DNA from: an uncultured Bacteroidales bacterium
Lineage (GTDB): Bacteria; Bacteroidota; Bacteroidia; Bacteroidales; JAADJA01
Length of the DNA stretch: 64,000 nt
NCBI GenBank assembly: GCA_963761195.1
Contig: CAVXGA010000014.1
Location: forward strand, 69,058 to 133,057
Reading direction: 5' to 3'
Shown: one piece after another, positions 9,296-18,443 of the stretch
Position numbering within the stretch: the stretch's first letter is position 1
How the letters are laid out: every line of letters begins with the position of its first letter
Notes under the pieces: model-generated
Database searches by the model: none
What the model saw: the letters and a program-made list of their open reading frames with translations, nothing else
What the model was told of the DNA's origin: nothing
Made by a program: the position numbers and the translations under genes

Positions 9296-10504
9296 ATGAA
9301 ACCTTTTATGCTTTTCCTGGTCGCGGCATTAATTTTAAGTTTTAAAGGCAGCCTTCTGGCGTGGACGTCTTCCAATGAAGGTATATGCTATACAATGGAT
9401 ACATTGACAGTGCTTAGTCCAGGTATAACCTATAACGGATCAACCGGAATGTACGAAATAACTACAGATATAATTATTTTAGAAAACGATACCCTGAATA
9501 TATTACCTGGGGAAATTTTAAAATTTATTAGTGACAATTATAATTTTCGGGGTATAAAGATCTATGGTTGTTTAATAGCCATTGGAAATTCAGATAAAAA
9601 AATAATATTGGGCGATCCAATGTATAATATCTCGAGTGGTTCTGTATGGAATGGAATTAAATTTTATGACACATCAAAGCAAAGTTTTTTGAAGAATTGT
9701 ACTATTCGGGGTGCAACTGACTATGGTGGAAGTGGATATGCTTACGGTAGTGCAATATATTGTGAAAACTCATCTCCAATAATTGACCACTGTACAATAT
9801 GTTACATGATTACTCCTGATGACACTGGTGGAGGTTCTGGCATCTCTTGTGCAGGTCAAAGCTATCCGATAGTAAGCTATTGCAAATTTGAGCATCTTAT
9901 TAATAGCATTGCTGTATGGTGTAATCCCTGGTATGGAATGCCTGATACTATAAATTATCCATCTCCTTTGATTTATGGGTGTGATATAATGCCGTCTTCT
10001 GTTACAGGTTTTTGGTTTAATGGAGGAGATATTAATTACAATGTGTTTGTATTTGATGGCGGTTTTCTTGATAATTGTTTTCTTGGGGTTGATACGACTT
10101 TTGGATTTCCGATCGATACAATAGGAGACGGCATTTGCAGTACTACATCTACTTATTGGTGGCCGAGATTTATGGATGTTGATGGAGTGGTTCATCCCCG
10201 AAGCGATACATTGCTGACTGGGATTAACGAAGAGGAAACCGAAATTTTACCTACAACTTCACAATTCCTGACGCTGAGCAATTACCCAAATCCTTTTTCA
10301 GGCTCAACCACTATTGAATTTGAAATAAAAAGTAAATCTGCTGCAATTTCACTATTGATCTTTAATTCAAAAGGCAACCGGGTTAAACAGCTCATTAATA
10401 ATGAATCATTTCCACCCGGAACGCACAAAGTGAACTGGTACGGCGAAAATGAATCCGGGGAAAAGGTAACTGCGGGGATTTATTTTTATAAGCTCGATTG
10501 CTAA
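9296..10504 (+). CDS. secreted beta-helix-like protein with a type A T9SS C-terminal sorting domain
   Basis: Signal peptide MKPFMLFLVAALILSFKGSLLA. The middle has repetitive Cys/Gly-rich segments (NCTIRGA..., IDHCTICY..., SYCKFEH) suggesting a parallel beta-helix. The C-terminus (LSNYPNPFSGSTTIEFEI...AGIYFYKL) is a Por_Secre_tail-type CTD. Confidence 0.7.
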   Translation: MKPFMLFLVAALILSFKGSLLAWTSSNEGICYTMDTLTVLSPGITYNGSTGMYEITTDIIILENDTLNILPGEILKFISDNYNFRGIKIYGCLIAIGNSDKKIILGDPMYNISSGSVWNGIKFYDTSKQSFLKNCTIRGATDYGGSGYAYGSAIYCENSSPIIDHCTICYMITPDDTGGGSGISCAGQSYPIVSYCKFEHLINSIAVWCNPWYGMPDTINYPSPLIYGCDIMPSSVTGFWFNGGDINYNVFVFDGGFLDNCFLGVDTTFGFPIDTIGDGICSTTSTYWWPRFMDVDGVVHPRSDTLLTGINEEETEILPTTSQFLTLSNYPNPFSGSTTIEFEIKSKSAAISLLIFNSKGNRVKQLINNESFPPGTHKVNWYGENESGEKVTAGIYFYKLDC

Positions 10505-10552
10505 TGGTAAAATGATAGTGAAAAAGGCGATAATGGTGAGGTGATAGTAAAG
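10502..10552. repeat. two copies of a 22-bp direct repeat (29-bp period) upstream of hicB
   Basis: taatggtaaaatgatagtgaaa and taatggtgaggtgatagtaaag match at 18/22. attgaaataa occurs twice at 10559-10580. Confidence 0.4.
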
Positions 10553-10677
10553 AAATACATTGAAATAAATATTGAAATAAGAGTAGGGAATTAATTTGTC
10601 CGGTTTTCCTTTTATGAAAAATGAACGACAGAAAAACGTTTACGATAGATTTTCGTAATTTTGTAAAAAAGAAAGTA

Positions 10678-10881
10678 ATGCTGGAAATTATATTTATCGT
10701 TGAAGATTCTCCTGAAGGGGGTTTCGAAGCCAAGGCACTTGGATATTCTATATTTACCGAAGGAGACAGCATTGAAGAGCTCAGGGAAAATATCAAAGAA
10801 GCTATTCACTGCCATTTTGAAGAAAACGCACCAAAAGTTGTTCGTCTGCATTATATAAAAGAAGAAGTATTTGCGGCATGA
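10678..10881 (+). CDS. hicB: HicB-like antitoxin (UPF0150 fold)
   Basis: MLEIIFIVEDSPEGGFEAKALGYSIFTEGDSIEELRENIKEAIHCHFEE is the HicB N-terminal fold pattern. I chose the internal ATG at 10678; the ORF track starts at 10621. Its stop overlaps the hicA start (ATGA). Confidence 0.6.
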   Translation: MLEIIFIVEDSPEGGFEAKALGYSIFTEGDSIEELRENIKEAIHCHFEENAPKVVRLHYIKEEVFAA

Positions 10882-11120
10882 CCAAAACTCCACGAAATTT
10901 ATCAGGGAAAGACCTCATTTCAAAACTTAAAAAATTCGGGTATAAACCTACCAGGCAAATTGGTAGTCATATAAGATTAACGACAGAAATAAACGGAATG
11001 CATCATATCACTATCCCTGACCATAATCCTGTAAAAATAGGCACGCTGTCAAACATTTTGAAAGATATTGCCGACCACCTTGAGATAAGCAAAGAAGAAT
11101 TAATAAAACAATTATTCTGA
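10878..11120 (+). CDS. hicA: HicA-family (YcfA-like) mRNA interferase toxin
   Basis: 80 aa. LSGKDLISKLKKFGYKPTRQIGSHIRL contains the conserved GSH motif of HicA. Confidence 0.7.
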   Translation: MTKTPRNLSGKDLISKLKKFGYKPTRQIGSHIRLTTEINGMHHITIPDHNPVKIGTLSNILKDIADHLEISKEELIKQLF

Positions 11121-11175
11121 AAGAAGTATTCTCCATTTAATATCCCTTCTCTGGTGAAGAGAAAAATTATTTTTT

Positions 11176-11259
11176 GCCACGAAGACTCTAAGACGCAAAG
11201 GTTCACAAAGGAAAAAAAGCAGGTTCGAATAACTTTGTTTTTCTTAGAACTTTAGTGGC
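11176..11259. repeat. about 84-bp imperfect palindromic element (GCCAC...GTGGC) with CACAAAG/CTTTG motifs
   Basis: Left arm: gccacgaagactctaagacgcaaaggttcacaaagg. Right arm: aactttgtttttcttagaactttagtggc. It shares ttcacaaag / aactttg words with the element at 59.8 kb. Confidence 0.45.
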
Positions 11260-11329
11260 GGAACCAAAGATTTGAATCACGTTTTGTCAATCTTATTCAG
11301 AATTTCAATGAATTTCCACAAATTTCATT

Positions 11330-12100
11330 TCAAAAATCCATCTCCAGTACCACCGGGCAATGGTCGGAATGTTTGGCCTGCGGCAGGATCAACGAACGCT
11401 TTAGTTTCTTTTCCAGTGAATCGCTTACAATATTGTAATCGATCCGCCAGCCCAGGTTTCGTGCCCGTGCATTTGCCCTGAAGCTCCACCAGGAATATTG
11501 ATGCGGCTCCTTATTAAAATGCCTGAACGAATCGACAAAACCCGTTTCCATAAAGCCCGACATCCATTCCCGTTCTTCAGGTAAAAAACCAGAGCTTTTG
11601 GCATTGCCAATAGGATCATGAATGTCGATAGGTTTATGGCAGATATTAAAGTCGCCGGAAAGAACAAGGCCGGGACGCTGCTTCTTCAGTTTTGTGATAT
11701 ATGTTTGAAAATCACCCAGCCATTGCATTTTAAATGCCTGACGCGCATCGCCGCTCGAACCGGAAGGGTGATATACGCTCATCACCGATATGTTTCCAAA
11801 ATCAGCCCGGATCATTCTTCCTTCATCATCGTATTTTTCTATTCCCATTCCGTACTCTACATAATCAGGTTCAGTTTTTGTAAAAATTGCCACGCCACTG
11901 TAGCCTTTCTTCTTTGCCGAGTAAATAAATGACTTGTAGCCCAGTTTTTCAAATTCAGAAACAGGAATCTGCTCAGGCTGAGCTTTGGTTTCCTGAACAC
12001 AAAGAATGTCGGGTCCGGCAGCGTTCAGCCATTCAAGCAATCCCTTCTGTACTGCCGCCCTGATGCCGTTAACATTGTATGTAATAATTTTTATCGCCAT
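11330..12100 (-). CDS. xth: exodeoxyribonuclease III
   Basis: 256 aa. MAIKIITYNVNGIRAA..., CVQETK and SDHCPV are ExoIII/AP-endonuclease motifs. Confidence 0.9.
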   Translation of the reverse strand: MAIKIITYNVNGIRAAVQKGLLEWLNAAGPDILCVQETKAQPEQIPVSEFEKLGYKSFIYSAKKKGYSGVAIFTKTEPDYVEYGMGIEKYDDEGRMIRADFGNISVMSVYHPSGSSGDARQAFKMQWLGDFQTYITKLKKQRPGLVLSGDFNICHKPIDIHDPIGNAKSSGFLPEEREWMSGFMETGFVDSFRHFNKEPHQYSWWSFRANARARNLGWRIDYNIVSDSLEKKLKRSLILPQAKHSDHCPVVLEMDF

Positions 12101-12191
12101 GCTGCTAAAATAGTTAAATTTATCCTGGCATCTTTTACAATTTTAAACCGCTTGTCCCTCAATTAAAAAATTCTTTATTTTAGCGCACTTT

Positions 12192-13967
12192 ATGAAGATG
12201 AAAACCTGGGTTGAGCACATTACGAACTGGCGTGTCAAACACATTACCGACCGTCAGTTTATACTCATTTTAAGTGTGATTATCGGATTTCTCAGTGGTA
12301 TGGGTGCCGTTATCATAAAGAATTCGGTTCATTTCATCCAGCAGCTTCTTACAGGGTCATTTTCTGAAAGCTATGGGAATTATCTCTACATCGCATACCC
12401 TGTAATTGGCATCATCATCGTCATGATTTTCATCAAGTTCATTATAAAAGAGCCTATTGGCGACGGGGTTCCAAACGTATTGTATGCCATTTCGAAGACC
12501 AATGGCATCATGAAACCCCATAACCTCTATTCATCCATTATTTCAAGTTCACTTACAGTGGGTTTCGGCGGTTCGGTCGGGTTGGAAGGCCCCACAGTGG
12601 CAACAGGCGGAGCCATCGGTTCGAATGTCGGCAGAGTGCTCCACCTGAATTACAAACAGATTGTTTCTCTTCTTGGGTTTGCCAGTGCTGGCGCTATGTC
12701 GGCTATTTTTAAAGCGCCTATTGCTGCCATCGTATTTGCACTTGAAGTCATCATGCTCGACCTGACCATGTCGTCGCTGGTACCTTTGCTCACTTCCTCT
12801 GTGGTGGCCGCCCTTACCTCTTATTTTTTCCTGGGACAGAATGTCTTGTATCCGTTTGACGTAAAAGATACGTTTAATATGAGCAATGTGCCGTATTACC
12901 TGGTTCTGGGTGTAATTACTGCGCTTTTTTCGATTTATTTTATCCGCACCATTGCCTATGCACAGAAAAAATTCAGTGGGATCAAAAGCTGGGTGGCGCG
13001 CATTGTCACCGGAGGTTCCTTGCTGGGTCTTCTTGTTTTTCTTTTCCCGGCTCTGTTTGGTGAAGGTTATCAAACCATCAATTCAAGCTTAAGCGGCAAT
13101 TACTATTCGCTTTTCGATAACAGCTTTTTTTACGAATTCAGAAACAGCATGCCTGCTGTACTGATCCTTTTGGTGATAATCTCCCTATTCAAAGTCATCG
13201 CTACCTCGGCAACGTTCGGAGCGGGAGGAATTGGCGGAATCTTCGCACCAACATTATTTACCGGAGCGCATGTTGGATTGCTATTTGCATTAACCGTTAA
13301 TTATTTCGGTTTGGGAAATCTTCCGATCAGTAATTTTGCCCTAGTGGGTATGGCCGGATTGATTTCGGGAGTCATTCACGGGCCGCTTACAGCTATCTTC
13401 CTGATCGCTGAAATTTCGGGCGGATACCAATTGATTATGCCGTTGATGATCGTAGCAACCATTTCGTATGCCACCGTTAAATTTTTTGAACCCAATTCGG
13501 TCTATACCATCCAGTTATCAAAGACGATCGGTCTGATCACTCACCACAAGGACAAGGCTGTACTGTCGATGATGAATATCAACTCACTCATCGAAACAAA
13601 TTTTACGGTAATCCATCCGGATGCAACATTGCGCGATCTGGTCAAAGTGATTTCTGATTCTTCCCGCAACATTTTCCCGGTGGTAGATGAAAAACAAAAC
13701 TTTCAGGGAATCATCCTCATGGATCAGGTAAGACACATTATGTTTAAACCTGAATTGTACGACATTACATCCGTAAGAAACCTTATGTTCAGGCCTACAA
13801 ATGTTATACAGTTAAATGAACCGATGGAGGAAGTTGCCCATAAATTCCAGCATTCAGGCAAGTATAACCTTGTTGTGCTCGATAACAACAAATACATTGG
13901 CTTCGTTTCGCGGGCCAATGTTTTTTCGAAGTACAGGGAGCTTTTAAAAGACTTTTCAGAAGATTGA
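12192..13967 (+). CDS. ClC-family chloride channel/antiporter with C-terminal CBS pair (paralogue 1)
   Basis: 591 aa and multi-pass. It has GLEGP and GIFAP ClC motifs and a C-terminal tandem CBS region. Confidence 0.85.
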   Translation: MKMKTWVEHITNWRVKHITDRQFILILSVIIGFLSGMGAVIIKNSVHFIQQLLTGSFSESYGNYLYIAYPVIGIIIVMIFIKFIIKEPIGDGVPNVLYAISKTNGIMKPHNLYSSIISSSLTVGFGGSVGLEGPTVATGGAIGSNVGRVLHLNYKQIVSLLGFASAGAMSAIFKAPIAAIVFALEVIMLDLTMSSLVPLLTSSVVAALTSYFFLGQNVLYPFDVKDTFNMSNVPYYLVLGVITALFSIYFIRTIAYAQKKFSGIKSWVARIVTGGSLLGLLVFLFPALFGEGYQTINSSLSGNYYSLFDNSFFYEFRNSMPAVLILLVIISLFKVIATSATFGAGGIGGIFAPTLFTGAHVGLLFALTVNYFGLGNLPISNFALVGMAGLISGVIHGPLTAIFLIAEISGGYQLIMPLMIVATISYATVKFFEPNSVYTIQLSKTIGLITHHKDKAVLSMMNINSLIETNFTVIHPDATLRDLVKVISDSSRNIFPVVDEKQNFQGIILMDQVRHIMFKPELYDITSVRNLMFRPTNVIQLNEPMEEVAHKFQHSGKYNLVVLDNNKYIGFVSRANVFSKYRELLKDFSED

Positions 13968-13975
13968 TATATTTG
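13968..13975 (+). promoter_or_regulatory. candidate -7 box (TATATTTG) for the second ClC gene
   Basis: It starts immediately after the stop codon of ClC-1 and ends 24 nt before the TTG start at 14000. Confidence 0.3.
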
Positions 13976-13999
13976 CATCCTTGATCTAAAAAAATATCA

Positions 14000-15775
14000 T
14001 TGAAAAGACCGGATTTCATTGACAGACTAACTATCTGGAGAAACAGGAAGCTCAACAACCGCCAGTTGATCATTGTTCTGAGTTTTATTATCGGGATTCT
14101 AAGCGGTTTGGCTGCAGTGGTTCTCAAAAACCTGGTTCATTATACCTTTTACTGGATTTCGAAAGGTTTTCAGTTTGAAAAGGAAAACTTCCTTTACCTT
14201 GCACTTCCGCTTATAGGGATTACGCTTACGGTTCTGTTTCTGAAGCTTTTTATTAAAAAGGACATTAGTCACGGAATAAGCCTGATCCTGTACGCCATTT
14301 CGAGGAGGAAAGGAATCCTGGAACCTCATCACACCTATTCTTCCATGATAGGAAGCACGCTCACAGTCGCCTTTGGAGGATCCGTAGGGCTGGAAGCTCC
14401 GATTGTGCTGACCGGATCGGCCATCGGTTCAAACCTCGGGAGACTTTTCCACCTGAATCATAAAAGCCTGATCCTGCTCATCGGTTGCGGTGGAGCCGGA
14501 GCCATTGCCGGCATTTTCAAATCACCCATTGCTGCCATTGTTTTTGCCATTGAAGTCCTTTTAATCGACCTGACACTTGCTTCGCTTATTCCGTTGCTTA
14601 TTTCGGCGGTTACTGCTGCCGTTGTTGCTTATTTTTTAAGCGGAAAATCGGTTCTGTTTTTAATTCAGGTTACGGAGCCTTTCGATCTCAGGAATATCCC
14701 AGCCTTCATTCTTTTAGGGATTTTTACCGGATTTGCTTCCCTCTATTTTACACGAACCACCATGGCCATCGAAGCGCGATTCAGAAAGGTGACGAATCAA
14801 TATAAAAAAATAATTGTCGGCGGGATTATTTTAGGGGTACTAATCTTTGTTTTCCCTTCATTGTTTGGTGAAGGATATCCGATGCTGCAGGAAATGCTGA
14901 ATGGTCATTCCAATGAGCTTGTAAATGAAGGACTTTTTCATTCGATGGGAGAAAATCCATGGTTTTTCCTTTTGATCGTATTTTTAATTCTCATTTTCAA
15001 GGCGGTGGCGACGGCGGTTACAAATGGGAGCGGAGGAGTGGGAGGTATTTTTGCCCCTTCACTTTTTATGGGCGGTATAGCCGGCTTTTTTACAGCAAGG
15101 GTACTGAATTTACTTCCCGGATTCAGTGTTTCGGAAAATAATTTTACCCTTGTCGGTATGGCTGGGGTGATGTCGGGGATGATGCATGCTCCACTGACAG
15201 GGATCTTTCTGATTGCTGAAATTACCGGCGGCTACGAGTTGCTGACGCCGCTCATGATTACGGCGACCATTTCCTTTCTTACCATCCGTTATTTTGAGCC
15301 GCATTCAATTTATGCAAAACGGCTTGCCGAAAGAGGAGAGCTTCTCACACATGATAAAGACAAAGCCATGCTGACGCTGATGAAAGTAAAAAATCTGATC
15401 GAAACGAATTTCAGTACTGTTCATCCGGATGATACGCTTGGCGATTTCGTTAAAATCGTTAAGCAATCGCAACGAAATGTGTTCCCTGTAATTGATGAAG
15501 AGAAACGCTTTTATGGCATTATTTTCATTAATGATATCCGAGGGATAATTTTCGATCGCGAAATATATGACTCAACCTACATGAAGGACCTGATGTTTAT
15601 GCCTGAAATTTCTGTAAGTCCCGATGACACAATGGAAGAAGTAACAAATAAATTCAGCGAAACAGGCAATTATAACCTCCCGGTCATTAAAAACGGGAAG
15701 TATTTTGGATTTGTATCACGGGCCACCGTATTTTCTGCCTATCGAAAACTGCTGCAGGAGTTTTCGGATGAATAG
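14000..15775 (+). CDS. ClC-family chloride channel/antiporter with C-terminal CBS pair (paralogue 2)
   Basis: 591 aa with a TTG start whose N-terminus aligns to paralogue 1. It has GLEAP and GIFAP motifs and a CBS pair. Confidence 0.85.
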   Translation: MKRPDFIDRLTIWRNRKLNNRQLIIVLSFIIGILSGLAAVVLKNLVHYTFYWISKGFQFEKENFLYLALPLIGITLTVLFLKLFIKKDISHGISLILYAISRRKGILEPHHTYSSMIGSTLTVAFGGSVGLEAPIVLTGSAIGSNLGRLFHLNHKSLILLIGCGGAGAIAGIFKSPIAAIVFAIEVLLIDLTLASLIPLLISAVTAAVVAYFLSGKSVLFLIQVTEPFDLRNIPAFILLGIFTGFASLYFTRTTMAIEARFRKVTNQYKKIIVGGIILGVLIFVFPSLFGEGYPMLQEMLNGHSNELVNEGLFHSMGENPWFFLLIVFLILIFKAVATAVTNGSGGVGGIFAPSLFMGGIAGFFTARVLNLLPGFSVSENNFTLVGMAGVMSGMMHAPLTGIFLIAEITGGYELLTPLMITATISFLTIRYFEPHSIYAKRLAERGELLTHDKDKAMLTLMKVKNLIETNFSTVHPDDTLGDFVKIVKQSQRNVFPVIDEEKRFYGIIFINDIRGIIFDREIYDSTYMKDLMFMPEISVSPDDTMEEVTNKFSETGNYNLPVIKNGKYFGFVSRATVFSAYRKLLQEFSDE

Positions 15776-15907
15776 ATAATTGAACAATAATCCGTTCGTT
15801 AAGTTAATATTTCAATTCATTCTTTTAGTTCGGAAAAATCAGCATAGATAAAAAAGTTTGTAGAAGCAGATGAAATTTTTATCGATAAAAAACAATGATT
15901 TTTTAAA

Positions 15908-15915
15908 TACTTTTG
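15908..15915 (+). promoter_or_regulatory. candidate -7 box (TACTTTTG)
   Basis: 35 nt upstream of the ATG at 15951. Confidence 0.35.
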
Positions 15916-15950
15916 TCTTCATTAAATATTCTTGAATAAAAATAATCTGT

Positions 15951-16901
15951 ATGAAATATAATTTACTTCTTTTTGTCACTGTCGTATTCATAACTTTTTT
16001 ACATAATGCCTATTCGCAACAGCAACCCGAAAACCCCGGATTTGAAAACTGGGAACAGTTTGGGTTCGGGCCGGATACACTTGAGCCTGTTGGTTGGAAT
16101 TCACTCAAATCATCCGACGGAGGTATTATAATCAACAACGTTATTCCGGTCACGCTTAAACGCAGCACAGATGCTCATTCGGGAATGTATTCCGTAAAAC
16201 TGGAGAATGATACGATCCTGATCTTTGTCGCACCAGGAACGATTACCAATGGTAGGGTACATGCAACTTTACCACCTTCTGATGCATATGTGTATACGAT
16301 CGATTCCCTTCCGGAATTCAATACACCGTTCACAGATAAGCCCGACAGTATGGCGGTTTGGGTTAAATATTTTCCACAGGATAATGATCTGGCGCACGTT
16401 ACTGCTGTTTTGCACAGTGATACAGCTAAAATAGCCGATTCAACACAAACCGATTGGATTGCCGTTGCATCAATTGGCATACCTTCACAAATAGATGGAT
16501 GGACGCGGTTAGCAGTGCCTTTCGTTTACCTGAACAACCAAACTCCCGAGTATGTTCTTTTTGCCATTTTTGCCGGTGATGCTGCAAATTCAAAACAAGG
16601 AAGCATCCTTTATCTGGATGATCTTGAATTTATCTACAATAATACAAGCGTCAATACGAATTCAGAATCGTGTAGTCGCATTTATTTATCAGGCGATTAT
16701 CTGGTATTCCAATCAAGCGGCAGATTACCGGACGGGCCTGCAGAACTGATGCTGTATGATATCACAGGCAGGATGGTAATGAATCAGCAGTTTGTACCGG
16801 TCAACACAAATAAAATTAAAATCGACCTGCCTGCAGGCGTTTATATGTGCCGGATTACAGGTCCTTCAGTTAACCTTTCACAAAAAATAATCAAGTACTA
16901 A
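15951..16901 (+). CDS. secreted PCMD-like (putative carbohydrate metabolism domain) protein with a type A T9SS C-terminal domain
   Basis: Signal peptide, then QQQPENPGFENWE, STDAHSGMYSVKL and TNGRVHA. The C-terminus (LMLYDITGRMVMNQQF...GVYMCRI) resembles a T9SS CTD. Confidence 0.6.
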   Translation: MKYNLLLFVTVVFITFLHNAYSQQQPENPGFENWEQFGFGPDTLEPVGWNSLKSSDGGIIINNVIPVTLKRSTDAHSGMYSVKLENDTILIFVAPGTITNGRVHATLPPSDAYVYTIDSLPEFNTPFTDKPDSMAVWVKYFPQDNDLAHVTAVLHSDTAKIADSTQTDWIAVASIGIPSQIDGWTRLAVPFVYLNNQTPEYVLFAIFAGDAANSKQGSILYLDDLEFIYNNTSVNTNSESCSRIYLSGDYLVFQSSGRLPDGPAELMLYDITGRMVMNQQFVPVNTNKIKIDLPAGVYMCRITGPSVNLSQKIIKY

Positions 16902-16963
16902 TTCATTAAACCTTCAGGTAAAACAAAGAAAATTTTAATAATTTAATTTAAATCGTATCGCTC

Positions 16964-18341
16964 ATGAAACCAATTACTACTTTAAAAATAAGCATAGCCC
17001 TATTAATCAATATTCTCTTAACCGGACAAATATTCAGTCAGCAGCAACCTGAAAATGCAAGCTTTGAAAACTGGGAAACGATTTCAGGTCTGACGGTGCA
17101 GGAACCGGTTGACTGGAGTACTATTAAAACATCAGACGGTGGGTCACTTATTAATAATCTTGCTCCTTATAATTGGGATAAAAGTACAGATGCACATACA
17201 GGTACTTATTCCGTAAAACTATATAATGCAAGTGTTTTAGGCATAGTTGCCTCAGGCTTGGTCACCAATGGAAGGGTACATGCCGATATTTCAGGAACCG
17301 GCTGGGTCTTTACAGATATAACAAATAGTCAATGGAATACACCATTGACCCAAAAACCAGATAGTGTTGCCATCTGGGTAAAATATACTTCTGTCAGCGG
17401 AGACATTGCCCAGGTTAAAGCAATTCTCCATACCGGCACTGCAAAAATTCCTGATGATACCCAGGCAAACTGGATCGCACTGGCTCAACTGGATATCGCT
17501 AATTCAACCTCAACATGGACAAGGTATTCAGCTCCTTTTAATTATTTTAACAGTAATACTCCTGCCTATATTCTTTTTGTGGTTAGCTCTGCGGGCTTAA
17601 CAGCTCATGTGGGAACCATTGCATATTATGATGACATTCAACTGATATACAATCCTGTCGAGCTTGATTTGACAATCTTTCTTCAAGGGGCATATACAGG
17701 GTCTACCACCATGTCAACTTCTTTAAACCCGGAATTTTTACCCCTAAATCAGCCTTATTCCGGTTCGCCGTGGAATTATAATGGAACCGAAAGCGTTGCA
17801 TCGATACCAAATAATCAGGTTGTTGACTGGATTCTGGTTGAGCTGAGAGATGCCGCTTCTGCAAATGCCGCCACAAGCGGAACAAAGATTGCAGAAAAAG
17901 CCGGTTTTCTACTGAGTGATGGTTCCATAGTAGAAACTGACGGCTCAAGCAGACTGACCTTTCCGGTAATGATCAGCCAGAACCTTTATGTTGTAGTCTG
18001 GCACAGAAACCACCTCGGCATCATGTCGTCGAATGCGCTGACTAAATCAGGCGGATTTTACAGTTATAATTTTTCCGATGATCCGAGCAAAATTTACGGC
18101 AATTCAAACGGATATTTTCAATTAGATAGCGCTGATCCGGGGCTTTGGGGTATGGCAGGTGGTGATGGAAATTCAGATGGTAGCTGTCAATTCTGCTGAT
18201 AAAAACAGCTTTTGGTCAATATTGGTAGGATCAACAGGCTATTTATCTTCCGATTATAATTTGGATGGACAGATCAGCAATCAGGATAAAAATGACATCT
18301 GGCTTAATAACCAGGGCAAACAGAGCCAGGTTCCAAATTGA
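16964..18341 (+). pseudogene. secreted PCMD-like paralogue with extra middle domain and dockerin-like C-terminal repeats; 1-nt frameshift near 18181-18184
   Basis: It has the same N-terminal motifs (QQQPENASFENWE, STDAHTGTYSVKL, TNGRVHA). The ORF ends ...GDGNSDGSCQFC*, but the +1 frame continues VNSADKN...DYNLDGQISNQDKNDIW. Removing one nt restores GDGNSDGSVNSAD, a dockerin/EF-hand-like loop. Confidence 0.6.
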
Positions 18342-18443
18342 TAGCACAACTCAAATAAATTGTGCAGGTTGTATTTTGATCTGCGGAAAGATATGGGGTG
18401 TAAATTTTAACTGAGAAAATAACTGACAGAATTTCTTTATTGA

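Noticed and set aside
11222-11230. GGTTCGAAT, a tRNA T-loop-like nonamer.
   Set aside because: The flanks do not form a T-stem (gcagg...aactt), and no acceptor or anticodon arms can be drawn. It lies inside the palindromic element. It is not a tRNA, and I found no tRNA elsewhere in the window.
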